Assembly (NCBI GenBank): GCA_964451695.1
Contig: CAYVJM010000001.1
Coordinates: 1 to 28,060 of the forward strand
Direction of reading: 5' to 3'
Source: an uncultured Lentisphaerales bacterium
Lineage (GTDB): Bacteria > Verrucomicrobiota > Kiritimatiellia > RFP12 > UBA3636
DNA length: 28,060 bases
The translations under genes and the position numbers were made by a program. The notes under the pieces are model-generated. The model saw only the letters and a program-made list of their open reading frames with translations. It was not told where the DNA came from and did not search any database. Of the stretch, positions 1 through 9,900 are shown piece after piece (positions within the stretch are counted from its first letter, which is position 1; each line of letters opens with the position of its first letter).

Positions 1-2
1 GC

Positions 3-869
3 TTCGAGTTCATGGCGCGCGGGCTCGTGGACGGCTTCATCTCGGGCCGCCACCGCAGTCCGCGCAAGGGCTTTTCGGTCGAGTTCGCGGAGCACCGGCA
101 GTACGTGCCGGGCGACGACATCCGCAACATCGACTGGCGCGTGCTCGCGCGCAAGGACCGCTACTACGTCAAGCAGTACATGGAGGAGACGAACCTGCGC
201 GCCACGATCTTGCTGGACTGCTCCGGCTCGATGGCGTACGCGGGCGCCGCCGCGGCGTCGTTCGAGGGGCGCGTCCTTTCCAAGTTCGACTACGCGCGCT
301 ATCTCGCCGCCGCGCTGGCCTACCTGCTCGTGGGGCAGCAGGACGGCGTGGGGCTCGTGACCTTCGACAGCCGCATCCGCGACTTCCTCCCGGCCAAGGC
401 GATGGCCTCGCAGGTGCGCCACATCCTCCACCGCATCGACGCCGCCGAGCCGGGCGGCGAGACCGCGCTCTCGGACATCTTCAACGAAGTCGCCGAACGC
501 ATCCCGCACCGCGGCGTCGTCATCATCGTCAGCGACTTCTTCGACGACACGGCGGCCCTGGTCAAGGCGCTCCATCACTTCACCTTCCGCAAGCACGAGC
601 TGATCCTGCTCCACGTGATGGCGGAGGAGGAGCTGCGCTTCCCCTTCAACAGCTTTGCGCACTTCCAGGACCTCGAGTCGCCTCTCGAGCTCCAGCTCGA
701 CCCCAAGACGATCCGCGCCCTCTACCTCGAACGCATCGACGCCTTCGTCAAGACCCTCAAGGAGGGGAGCGGCCGGATGCAGGCGGACTACGTGCCGATC
801 AACACCCGCGACCCCTTCGAGAAGACGCTCGCCGACTATCTGGTGCGCCGACGCACCGGGGCGGGCTGA
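3..869 (+). CDS. DUF58 domain (vWA-like) protein, typical MoxR ATPase partner; probably 5'-truncated by the window edge
   Basis: Contains the motifs GRHRSPRKGFSVEFAEHRQYVPGDDIRNIDW, YYVKQYMEETN, LLDCSGSM and IVSDFFD. The frame is open from base 3 (FEFMAR...), and family members normally have extra residues before the GxHxS motif, so the ATG at 12 is probably internal. Confidence 0.9.
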   Translation, partial: FEFMARGLVDGFISGRHRSPRKGFSVEFAEHRQYVPGDDIRNIDWRVLARKDRYYVKQYMEETNLRATILLDCSGSMAYAGAAAASFEGRVLSKFDYARYLAAALAYLLVGQQDGVGLVTFDSRIRDFLPAKAMASQVRHILHRIDAAEPGGETALSDIFNEVAERIPHRGVVIIVSDFFDDTAALVKALHHFTFRKHELILLHVMAEEELRFPFNSFAHFQDLESPLELQLDPKTIRALYLERIDAFVKTLKEGSGRMQADYVPINTRDPFEKTLADYLVRRRTGAG

Positions 870-886
870 CAACGGGATTCCGACGC

Positions 887-3796
887 ATGCAATTCATTCA
901 CACGGCCATGCTCCTCGGTCTGCTCGCGGTGGCGATCCCCGTCGTCATCCACCTGCTGAACCGCAAGAACCTCGCCACGATCCGCTGGGGCGCGATGCGC
1001 TTCCTCCTGGACTGCGTGCGCCGCCGCCGTCGCCGCGTCCTCCTCGAGGAGATGCTCCTGCTCGCCTGCCGCTGCCTGATCCCCGCGCTGGCGGCGCTCG
1101 CCTTCGCGCGCCCCTTCATCCAGCCCGATTCGCGCATCCCCTGGGCGGTCGTGATGCCGATGACGCTGCTCGCGATCACCGGCTTCGGCATCAGCTTCGC
1201 CCTCTGGCAGCAACCCCGCTGGCGTCGCGGCCTCCTCATGGGCTCGACGGCGCTCTTCGTCCTCGCCCTCGCCGCCATCCTCTTCGAACGCCAGCTCAAC
1301 CTCCGCCGCTTCGGCCGCGGCGCGCACAAGGACGTCGTGCTCCTCGTCGACGGATCCTCCTCCATGGCGATGGTCTCCGAGGGGCGCAGCAACTTCGAGC
1401 GCGCCTGCGAAGAGGCGCAGAAGTACATCGACGAGGCGCCCCGCGGCACCGCCTTCAGCATCGTCCTCGGCGGCCCCGTTCCGCAGGTGCTCAATCCGGT
1501 GCCCATCTCCGACAAGCGCATCCTGCGCGAGACGCTCGCCCAGCTCAAGCCCGTCCACGGCACCCTCCAGATCATGGGCGCGCTCACCGCCTCCGCCGTG
1601 ACGCTCGCCTCCGGCAACAACGCCGTCAAGCAGATCGTCGTCATCGGCGACGGCCAGACCGTCGGCTGGAACCTCGGCGCCCCCGAGCGCTGGAAGACGA
1701 TCCAGCAGATCTTCGCCCAGCTCTCCACGACGCCCCAGGTCGTCTGGCGCACGCTCCCGCTGCCCGCCTCCATCCGCAACGTCGCCGTCGTCGATGTGAC
1801 CCTCGCGCGCGCCGTCGTCGGCACCGACCGCGAGGTGGGCATCCGCGTCACCATCCGCAATACGGGCGGCGAAGCCGTCACGCCCGACGCCGTCACCGTG
1901 AAGGCGGACGGCGCGGTCCTCGCGAGCCAGTCGCCCCCCCAGCTCGAGCCGGGCGCCAGCCACACGCTGCTCTTCCAGCATAAGTTCGTCAAGCCCGGCG
2001 CCGCCCTCGTCGAAGCCGTCGTCGCCGCCCAGGACGACCTGCCCGCGGACGACGTCTACCGCCGCGTCGTCCAGGTCGTGGACGCGCTCAAGGTGCTCAT
2101 CGTGGACGGCAGCGCCGCGTCCGGCCTCTTTGCCAAGTCCTCGACCTTCGTCGCGCTGGCGCTCCGCCCCGAGCTGGCGCGCCTCCGGGGCGGCGCCACC
2201 GCCGCCGCGGCGGACTTCCTTCTCGACCCCCAGGTGGAGCCTGCCGTCGCGGCCGCCGCGCGGACGTCCTTCACGGGCTTCGGCGTCGTCGTCCTGGCCG
2301 ACGTTCCGAAACTGCCGGACGCCGCCGCGAAGGCGCTCGCCGAGCACGTCGCCGCCGGCGGCGGGCTGCTCGTGCTGCCCGGCGCCTCGGCCTCCCCGGC
2401 CTTCTACAACGGCTGGACGCTCGACGGCCGCGCGATCCTGCCGCTGCCCCTCGGGCGGTGGCGGAGTGTGGACGCCGCCACGCCGGGCGATCCGATCGAT
2501 CCCAACGGCTTCACGCACGACGCGCTGCGCGGCGTGCGCACGGGCGGCGACCTGGGCGGCGTGCGCCCGCTCCAGCTCTGGACGCTCGACGAAGGGCTCT
2601 CCGGTGCCGCCCACGTCGCGGGCCGCCTCGCCTCGGGCGCTCCGTTCATGGCCGTGCGGCCCTTCGGCCGCGGCACCGTGGCGCTGGCCGCGTTCCCGTT
2701 CGACGCCACCGTCTCCGATCTGCCTGCGCGGCGCAGCTTCGTGCCGCTCATGCACGAGCTGGCCTACCACCTCGCCCGCCCCGTCTCCGCGGACTTGAAC
2801 CTCCTCCCCTCGGAAGGCGCCACGATCCTGCTGGCCCCGGCCGCCGGCGCCGTCGCCGGGGACGCCGGCGGGCGCGGCCTCGTCGGCCGCTACTTCAAGC
2901 GCCAGGGGCTGCGTGGCGAGTCCCTGCGGCGCGTTGATTCGAAGATCGACTTCAACTGGGGGACGGGCAGCCCGATGAAGGGAATCCCCGGCGACCGCTT
3001 CTCGGTCGTCTGGACCGGATCGCTCGTCCCGCCGGTCTCGGGCCAGTACGCGTTCAGCCTCGACTTCGACGATCGCGCCTCGCTGACGATCGACGGGCGC
3101 GCGCCCTCCGGCCCCCTCGCGCTCGATGCGGGGCGTCCGCACGCCCTGCGCATCACGCTGGAGGAGGATTGGGAGCACGCCTACATCCACCTCTTCTGGT
3201 CCCGCGACGGCGGGCCGAAGGAGATCGTGCCTCCCGAGGCGCTCAGCCCGGCCTCGCCGGGCGGTGGCGAGGGCTCCGGCGACATCGTCGACATCCTCGA
3301 CCCCAACGGCGAGCGTTTCCACGGCGAAATCTTCGCCGCGGAGGGCGGCCTGTCGCTGCGCGTCGCCCGCAGCCTGACTCCCGGTCTCTACCAGGTCTCC
3401 GTTCCCTCGGCGTTGGCGCCGCGCCTGGCGGGCGTGACGGCGGCGGACGGCCGGATCCTCTTCAGCGTGGCGGCTGGCTCGGAGGAGAGCACGCTGGAGG
3501 CGCTGTCGACGGCTCAGACGGAATTCCTGCTCAAGTACATTTCGCTCTCGACGGCCACGCGCATGGAGGACGTGCTGAGCGCGCTGCGCGGCCAGGCCTT
3601 CGGCAAGGAAATCTGGCGGATTCTCGCCTTCGCGGCGTTCGCCTTCCTCGTCGCGGAAGTCGCGCTCACGCGGTGGATTTCGATCCAGCGGCGGATGGGC
3701 GACGAGCGGGACGTGGACTTCACCAACGCGGGACGGGCCGGGACGGTCGCGTTCCGGGATTCGCTCGCCCAGATTCGCGAGCTGCAAGACGGCTGA
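887..3796 (+). CDS. BatA N-terminal/vWA membrane protein with Ig-like, class I GATase-like and PA14-like domains (969 aa)
   Basis: BatA-type N-terminus (LLAVAIPVVIHLLNR...RRRRRRVLLEEMLLLACR); MIDAS motif DGSSS plus IGDGQ; GATase-like segment VVLADVPKL...ALAEHVAAGGGLLVLPG; PA14-like segment GLVGRYF...RRVDSKIDFNWGTGSP...FSVVWTGSL; C-terminal TM helix EIWRILAFAAFAFLVAE. Confidence 0.85.
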   Translation: MQFIHTAMLLGLLAVAIPVVIHLLNRKNLATIRWGAMRFLLDCVRRRRRRVLLEEMLLLACRCLIPALAALAFARPFIQPDSRIPWAVVMPMTLLAITGFGISFALWQQPRWRRGLLMGSTALFVLALAAILFERQLNLRRFGRGAHKDVVLLVDGSSSMAMVSEGRSNFERACEEAQKYIDEAPRGTAFSIVLGGPVPQVLNPVPISDKRILRETLAQLKPVHGTLQIMGALTASAVTLASGNNAVKQIVVIGDGQTVGWNLGAPERWKTIQQIFAQLSTTPQVVWRTLPLPASIRNVAVVDVTLARAVVGTDREVGIRVTIRNTGGEAVTPDAVTVKADGAVLASQSPPQLEPGASHTLLFQHKFVKPGAALVEAVVAAQDDLPADDVYRRVVQVVDALKVLIVDGSAASGLFAKSSTFVALALRPELARLRGGATAAAADFLLDPQVEPAVAAAARTSFTGFGVVVLADVPKLPDAAAKALAEHVAAGGGLLVLPGASASPAFYNGWTLDGRAILPLPLGRWRSVDAATPGDPIDPNGFTHDALRGVRTGGDLGGVRPLQLWTLDEGLSGAAHVAGRLASGAPFMAVRPFGRGTVALAAFPFDATVSDLPARRSFVPLMHELAYHLARPVSADLNLLPSEGATILLAPAAGAVAGDAGGRGLVGRYFKRQGLRGESLRRVDSKIDFNWGTGSPMKGIPGDRFSVVWTGSLVPPVSGQYAFSLDFDDRASLTIDGRAPSGPLALDAGRPHALRITLEEDWEHAYIHLFWSRDGGPKEIVPPEALSPASPGGGEGSGDIVDILDPNGERFHGEIFAAEGGLSLRVARSLTPGLYQVSVPSALAPRLAGVTAADGRILFSVAAGSEESTLEALSTAQTEFLLKYISLSTATRMEDVLSALRGQAFGKEIWRILAFAAFAFLVAEVALTRWISIQRRMGDERDVDFTNAGRAGTVAFRDSLAQIRELQDG

Positions 3797-3818
3797 TTTC
3801 GGAGGCGGCGGCGCGACT

Positions 3819-6800
3819 ATGGACCAGAACATCGCAAGAACGGACATCCTTCCACCGACCGTGCCGACCCTGGCTCTGTGGGGCATGGCGCTCACGGGCC
3901 TGGCGGTCTGGATCGTCGCGCATCGGCTGGTCGCGCGCCGCGCCGGGTTCCCGGCGCGCACGCGCCTGGCGATCCTCGCGCCTGTCGGCACCGCCGCCTC
4001 GTGGCTCGTCATGCAGCTCATGGCGCGCCACCTCTTCCTCGCGGCCCCCGTCCATCTGCTGCTCATGGCGCTTCTCGGCGGCGGCGGGGTCGAGGCGGTC
4101 TCGCTGCTCTACGCCCGAGAAAGTTCGCGCCTGCCGCGCCTCCGCGGCACCGCGCTCGTGGCCTGCCGCATCGCCGCGCTGCTCGCGATCCTCTTCATGT
4201 TGCTCCAGCCGGTCAAGGTGGGGGAGAAGACGCGCACGATCCGCCGCCGCGTCGTCGTGCTCCTCGACGACTCCGCTTCGATGCAGTTCGTCGATCGCCA
4301 CTGGACGCTCGTCGAGCGGCTCGACGTCGCCACGGCGCTCGGTCTGCTCAAGGCTTCCGGTCCAGATCTCAAGGGCTTCGCCGGCGACGTTTCCGAGGCG
4401 GTGGAACGCTTCGCGGTGCTCCGCCAGCTCGGGGCGGCGCCCGGGGCGGAAGCGGGCGCCGCGGGGGACGCCGCGGCCACCGCAAAGACCGTTCGCGACA
4501 TGCTGGTGCGCCGGACGGATGCGATGGAGGCTCTCGCCGCGGCAGTCCCGGCGCAGGAGCATGTCGAGCTGCATGACAATCTCGGGCGCGTCGCCCAGTT
4601 CATCCGGGACAACGTGATCCCCGGCCTCGAACGGCTCGCCGCCAGCGAGACGGAGAAGGATCGCGCGTCCCTTGTCGCCGGATGCGCGGACGCCCTTGCG
4701 CAGATCGCCCAGATCGCGCCGTCCCTCGAGCCCGCCGGCGCCATCGCCGCCTTCGGCGCGCTCGACGCCCCGGCGCGCGAGGCCGTTCTGGCCGCCTCGG
4801 ACACGACTCGCGCCGCGATCGCCGCGCGGCTGCTGCGCGAGAAGGGGGCGCGGCCCGAACCGCTCCTCGACCATCTGCGCGCCCGCTACGACCTCGACAT
4901 CTACCGATTCGGCTCGATGGCGCAGTATGCGAGCGGCCTCGAAGACGCGAAGCCGGAAGACGCCGCAGACGAGGCGGCGGCGGCTCGGCTCCAGGCCTTC
5001 CGCTCCGCCACGGATGTCACCGCCGCGCTGGAGAACGCGCTCAAGGAGATCCCTTCGGAGGAACTGGCCGGCTTCCTCCTCGTCACGGACGGCCGCCACA
5101 ACGGCGACGCCGGCGTCGACGCCGTGGCGCGCCGCCTCGGCAGCTCCGGCATGCCCGTGTCCTCGATCGTGATCGGCGGTTCCCAGCCCCCGCTCGACGT
5201 CGCGTTGGCCGACGTGCGTTCGCCGGACTCCGTCTTCCTCGGCGACAAGGTGCGGATTTCGGGCGCGCTGACCGCCACCGGCGCCTCGGGCCGCGAGACG
5301 AAGATCGTCCTGATGCTCGGCGACGAGGCGATCGACGAACAGCGCGTCTACATCGAGAACAACGACTTCGCCAAGGAGTTCCGCTTCACCCACCTTCCGG
5401 CTGAGAAGGGCGTGCTGCGCTACACGGTCGCCGTGGAGGCGATCGCCGACGAGGCGTTCCCCGACAACAATCGCTGGAGCGTCGACGTCTCCGTGACGGA
5501 CGACCGCACGAACGTGCTGCTCGTGGACGCGCGTCCGCGCTGGGAATTCCGCTATTTGCGCAACCTTTTCTACGGGCGCGACAAGTCGGTGCACCTGCAG
5601 GAGTACCTGATTCATCCGGACCTGGTCGAGGGCGCGCCGGCGGACCGGCTCCCGCCCGCCTCCGCCGCGCGGCGCTTCGGCGATTCCGAATCGGGCGACT
5701 ATCCCGCAGGCCGCGACGCCTGGCGGAAGTTCGACGCGATCATCCTCGGCGACCTCGATTCGACCGAGCTGCCTGACTCGGTCGTCGAGGACATCCGCTA
5801 CTGCGTCGAGGAGCGCGGCGCGCTGCTCGTCGTCATCGCCGGCCCCGAGGCGATGCCGCACCGCGTCCGCAGCGCGACGTTGCGCGAGATGCTCCCGGTG
5901 GTCTTCACGCCTTTCGACGGGGATCGCCGGACGCCGCCGGAGGCGGAGTTCTACTTCCGCCTCACGCCGGCCGGCCGCGGTCATCCCGCGATGATGCAGT
6001 CCAGCTCGTCCTACGAGAACGAGTCGATTTGGGGCGATCTGCCCGTGATGCGCTGGCGTCTTCCGGTGGACGGCGTGAAACCCGGTGCCGAAGTTCTGGC
6101 CTATGCGGTTCCCGCGGACGCCGAGGACGTGTCGGCGGCGCAGCTCGCGGTGCGCGAGATCGAGGAGGATCCGGAGGCGGCGGTGCGCCGCCTCGCGGAG
6201 CTGCGCGAAATGCAGGCTCGCAACGCGCTTGTCGTGGCGCGCGGCTTCGGCCAGGGCAAGGTGCTGATGCTCAATACGGACCAGACGTGGCGCCTGCGCT
6301 ACCGCGTCGGCGACACCCGCCACCACCGCTTCTGGGGGCAGGTGCTGCGCTGGGGCGCGGGCGAGAAGCTGCGCGCCGGCAACACGTTCGTCCGACTCGG
6401 CACGGACAAGCTGCGCTACAAGCCCACGGAGCCCGTGAAGGTCTACGCCCGCGTCTCCGACGCCCGGTACAACGCGATGAACGGGCTGAAGCCGACCGTG
6501 GAGCTGGCGTCGGAAGGTCGCGTGGTCAAGACGATGGCGCTGACCTGGCGGGAGGACTCCAATGGCTTCTACGATGGGTTGCTCGATCCGATCCCCGATC
6601 CGGGGCTCTACACGATCGCCTTCTCGTGCGAGCCGGCGCGTCGCGCGCTCGGGGGCGAATATCCCGAGAATCTCCAGACGCGGTTTGTCGTCGTCACGGC
6701 GGACAAGCCGGCGGAATTCGTGGCGGTGACGGCCTCGCGCGACGTCCCGGAGAAGCTCGCCACGATGACGGGCGGCCAGGCGGTCGGGCCGTCGGGTGTC

Positions 6801-6950
6801 GAGACGGTCTGGGATGCGTTTGGCGAGGGCAATCGCGTGATGCACGAGCGCACGGAGCTTCCGTTGTGGAATTCCGGGCTGCTGTTTCTGCTGGTGGCGG
6901 GGCTGCTGACCGCCGAATGGCTGGTGCGCAAGCGCTCGGGCATCGCCTGA
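3819..6950 (+). CDS. Large membrane protein with vWA, Ig-like and GATase-like domains (1043 aa)
   Basis: Four to five N-terminal hydrophobic helices; MIDAS VVLLDDSAS...ATD...LVTDG; VLLVDARPRWEFRYLRN; FDAIILGD; GFGQGKVLMLNTDQTWRLR...FWGQVLRW; C-terminal TM helix LLFLLVAGLLTAEWLVRKR. Confidence 0.8.
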   Translation: MDQNIARTDILPPTVPTLALWGMALTGLAVWIVAHRLVARRAGFPARTRLAILAPVGTAASWLVMQLMARHLFLAAPVHLLLMALLGGGGVEAVSLLYARESSRLPRLRGTALVACRIAALLAILFMLLQPVKVGEKTRTIRRRVVVLLDDSASMQFVDRHWTLVERLDVATALGLLKASGPDLKGFAGDVSEAVERFAVLRQLGAAPGAEAGAAGDAAATAKTVRDMLVRRTDAMEALAAAVPAQEHVELHDNLGRVAQFIRDNVIPGLERLAASETEKDRASLVAGCADALAQIAQIAPSLEPAGAIAAFGALDAPAREAVLAASDTTRAAIAARLLREKGARPEPLLDHLRARYDLDIYRFGSMAQYASGLEDAKPEDAADEAAAARLQAFRSATDVTAALENALKEIPSEELAGFLLVTDGRHNGDAGVDAVARRLGSSGMPVSSIVIGGSQPPLDVALADVRSPDSVFLGDKVRISGALTATGASGRETKIVLMLGDEAIDEQRVYIENNDFAKEFRFTHLPAEKGVLRYTVAVEAIADEAFPDNNRWSVDVSVTDDRTNVLLVDARPRWEFRYLRNLFYGRDKSVHLQEYLIHPDLVEGAPADRLPPASAARRFGDSESGDYPAGRDAWRKFDAIILGDLDSTELPDSVVEDIRYCVEERGALLVVIAGPEAMPHRVRSATLREMLPVVFTPFDGDRRTPPEAEFYFRLTPAGRGHPAMMQSSSSYENESIWGDLPVMRWRLPVDGVKPGAEVLAYAVPADAEDVSAAQLAVREIEEDPEAAVRRLAELREMQARNALVVARGFGQGKVLMLNTDQTWRLRYRVGDTRHHRFWGQVLRWGAGEKLRAGNTFVRLGTDKLRYKPTEPVKVYARVSDARYNAMNGLKPTVELASEGRVVKTMALTWREDSNGFYDGLLDPIPDPGLYTIAFSCEPARRALGGEYPENLQTRFVVVTADKPAEFVAVTASRDVPEKLATMTGGQAVGPSGVETVWDAFGEGNRVMHERTELPLWNSGLLFLLVAGLLTAEWLVRKRSGIA

Positions 6951-6974
6951 GGCGTGGCGGAAGGGGAAAGTGAC

Positions 6975-9900
6975 ATGAAGATTGGAATGCGCAAGACGGG
7001 CCAGGCAGACGCCTCGGCGGTCTCGTTCGACGCGCTGCCGGCGGACATCGCGGCCAAGTTGCGCCAGACGGCGCGGCGCATCCAGGCGATCATCTGGATG
7101 CGCGGCCTTCTCGCGGTCGTCGCCGCGCTGGCCGTCTCGATCCTGGCGATCATGGCGGTGGACGCGATGGTGACGATCTACGCCTCCGGCGTCCGCTGGG
7201 CGCTATGGGGCTGCGGGGTGGCGGCGGTCGCGGCGACCGCGTTCCGCATGCTGGTGCGCCCGCTGTCGAAGCCCTTCACGCCCGCGAGGCTCGCGGCGCT
7301 CATCGAGCGCAACCATCCCGAGTTGGAGGAGCGCCTCTCCACGGTCGTCGAGCTGCTCTCCGAACCGGGTACCGTGGCGGAGGGCTCGTCGCAGCTCCTC
7401 GAGGTGCTCACGGTGGATGCCGTGCGCGACGTCATGCACGTGTCGCCGCGGCGCGAATTCACCGCGCGCACCGTGAAGCCCAAGCTCGTCGCCGCGGCCA
7501 TCGCGCTGGGCGTACTGGCGTTGCTCTTTGCGATCTGGCCCAAGTCGATGGGGCGTCTCGTCCTTCGCGCCGTCCTGCCCTCCGCGCAGGTGGACAACCT
7601 GTACGCGGAGAATCTCGCCGTGACGCCCGGCGACGCCTTTGTGCTCAAGGGGCAGCCCCTCGCGTTCGAGCTGGCGATCGCAGGCGGCCATCCGCAGCGG
7701 GCCTTCCTGCGGACGCAGTACTCGGGGCGCGTCGGCGAGGTCGTCGAGCGGATGCGCCAGACCTCCTCCGAGAAGGGCGAGGGCGAGGAGGTCCGCTACT
7801 TCCAGCACTTCATTCCGGAGGTGGCGGAGTCCTTCCGCTACCGCGTCGCGTGCGGAAGCGCGCTGACGCGCTTCTACGCGATCGAAGCCGTGCCGATCCC
7901 CGCCTACACGAACCTCGCGATCTCCTGCGCCTACCCGGACTACACGGGCGTCGGCGTCCGTGAAAACCCCGTCGGCGAGATGGCGGTCGAGGCCGTGGCG
8001 GGCAGCCGGATCACGATCGGAATCGAGCCCGAGCGACCGCTGACCACCGCCTTGGTCCTCGCCGACGGCGAGCATCTCGGCGTGCTCGGCGAGGACGGAC
8101 GCGTGACGTGGACGTTCGAGCTGGGCGAGGCGACGGCGGGCCTTTGGAGCGTGCGGCTCAACGACGAGCACGGCTTCACGAACGCGCCGGCCTTCCATCC
8201 TGTCCGGACCGTCAAGGACACCCCTCCCGAGGTCGAACTCGTCGAGCCCGACCGCCTGGCCCTGACGCTCCCGCCGCATGGGACGCTCCCGATCGCGTTC
8301 ATCGCGAAGGACGATTTCGGCATCAAGTCGGCGGAGCTGCGGGCCGGCGCCGGCCGCGAGCCGATCGCGCCCGTGCGGACTGTGGCGATCGCGCAGGAGT
8401 CGCCCGGCGTGTGGCGCGGCGCCGATGCGATCGAGCTTGGCAAGCTCCAGACGGACGCCTCGGGCCGCGCGCGGGTCCAGATCGTGGTGGGCGACGGCCT
8501 TCCCGAGTTGCTCGGCGGCCCGCAGCAGGCGTTCAGCGCCGTGATCGAAATCACGATTGACAAGGCGGCGCAGTCGCTCGGCGCCCAGCTTTTGCAGGAG
8601 CAGTACGAGAAGATCGCGGCCGCCGCGGACGCGGTGGCCGATGCGCTCGAGGTGGCCCGCCGCGAGGCGAAGGCCGCGCTGGACGAGATCGACCGCCAGG
8701 CGGACGAGCCGGCCGTGCGGCGGCTCGGGGCTTCGCAAGCCGCGATCGTCAAGGCCGAGACGCTGATCCGCGACGCGTTGACGGCTGCCGAGGACGGGCC
8801 GTTCGCCGATCTCCTCCCCGAGATGCGCCGCCTCCTCGAGACGCGGGTCGCGCCAGCCCATTCGCAGGCGGACGTGGCGATGCTCTCCAACCCCTCGGAA
8901 CGGCGTCGGGAGACGGTCGAGTTGCTGGCGATCCTCGATGGGGCCCTCGAGGCGGCCAAGAAGCTGGCCGAGGCGATCGACGAACGCAAGGAGCAGATCG
9001 AGGAAGCGACGGAGATGACCGATCTCGCCGACCGCCAGGAGTCCCTCGCGGAGGAGGCGAAGCAGGCGGAGGACGAGAAGCCGATGACGTCGGAGGAAAT
9101 GGAGGCGTGGCGCAAGGAGCAGGAAGCCCTCAAGCAGGAGTTCGAGCAGAAGGCGCAGGACCCTGCGGCGCCGGAGCCGCTGGAGGCCGCCCGGAAGCAG
9201 ACGGAGGAGCTGGCCGGCAAGATCGACGACTTGAAGAAGGAGCAGGAGCAGCTTCGCGACACGACGGCCAAGCTGGACGATCCCGAGTCCCGCGCGGAGG
9301 CGGAGGCCGAGCTGGCGAAGCAAACCCCCGAGATGCCCGCCGACACCGCGCCCGAGGCGCGCGCGGAGGCGCTGCAGGAGGACATCGCGAAGCGCGCGGA
9401 TGCGCTCAAGGACCAGGTGTCCGAGATGGCCGACGATTTCAAATCCCCCGGTGAAGCGTTCGAGGATCTGACCAAGCCCGTTTCCGAGCCCCTCGACGGC
9501 GCTTCCGAAAGCATGGACAAGGCCAGCCAGGAGGCGCAGGAGGCGGGCGACAAGCTGGACGTGGCGCCGCCGCAGGAGGGAAGCCCCGAAGCGAAGCCCG
9601 ATCTGAAGGGCGCGGGCGAGAAGATGGACGACGCGGCCGAGAACATGGAGACCGCGTCCGAAGCGCTCGACAAGGCCGGCCAGGCGATGGACGAACTCGC
9701 CGGCAAGCTTGACCAGATGGCCAAGGAGGCGGCGGAGGCCGCCAAGGCCGCGATGGAAGCCGCGATGGAGGCCGCAAAGGAGGCGCAGGGAGAACCTCAA
9801 CAGGGTGAACCGCAACAGGGCGAACCGCAACAGGGCGAACCCCAGCCGCCGCAGCCGGGCGCGCCGCAGCCGCCGCAGCCGGGCGCGATGCAGAAGGCCG

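Noticed and set aside
836-9830. Very long antisense ORFs (836-4066, 3720-6845, 7203-9830) and similar shadows at 12395-14503, 16555-18228 and 26055-27854
   Set aside because: They mirror well-supported genes on the opposite strand, have no recognisable motifs and are expected when high GC makes stop codons scarce.
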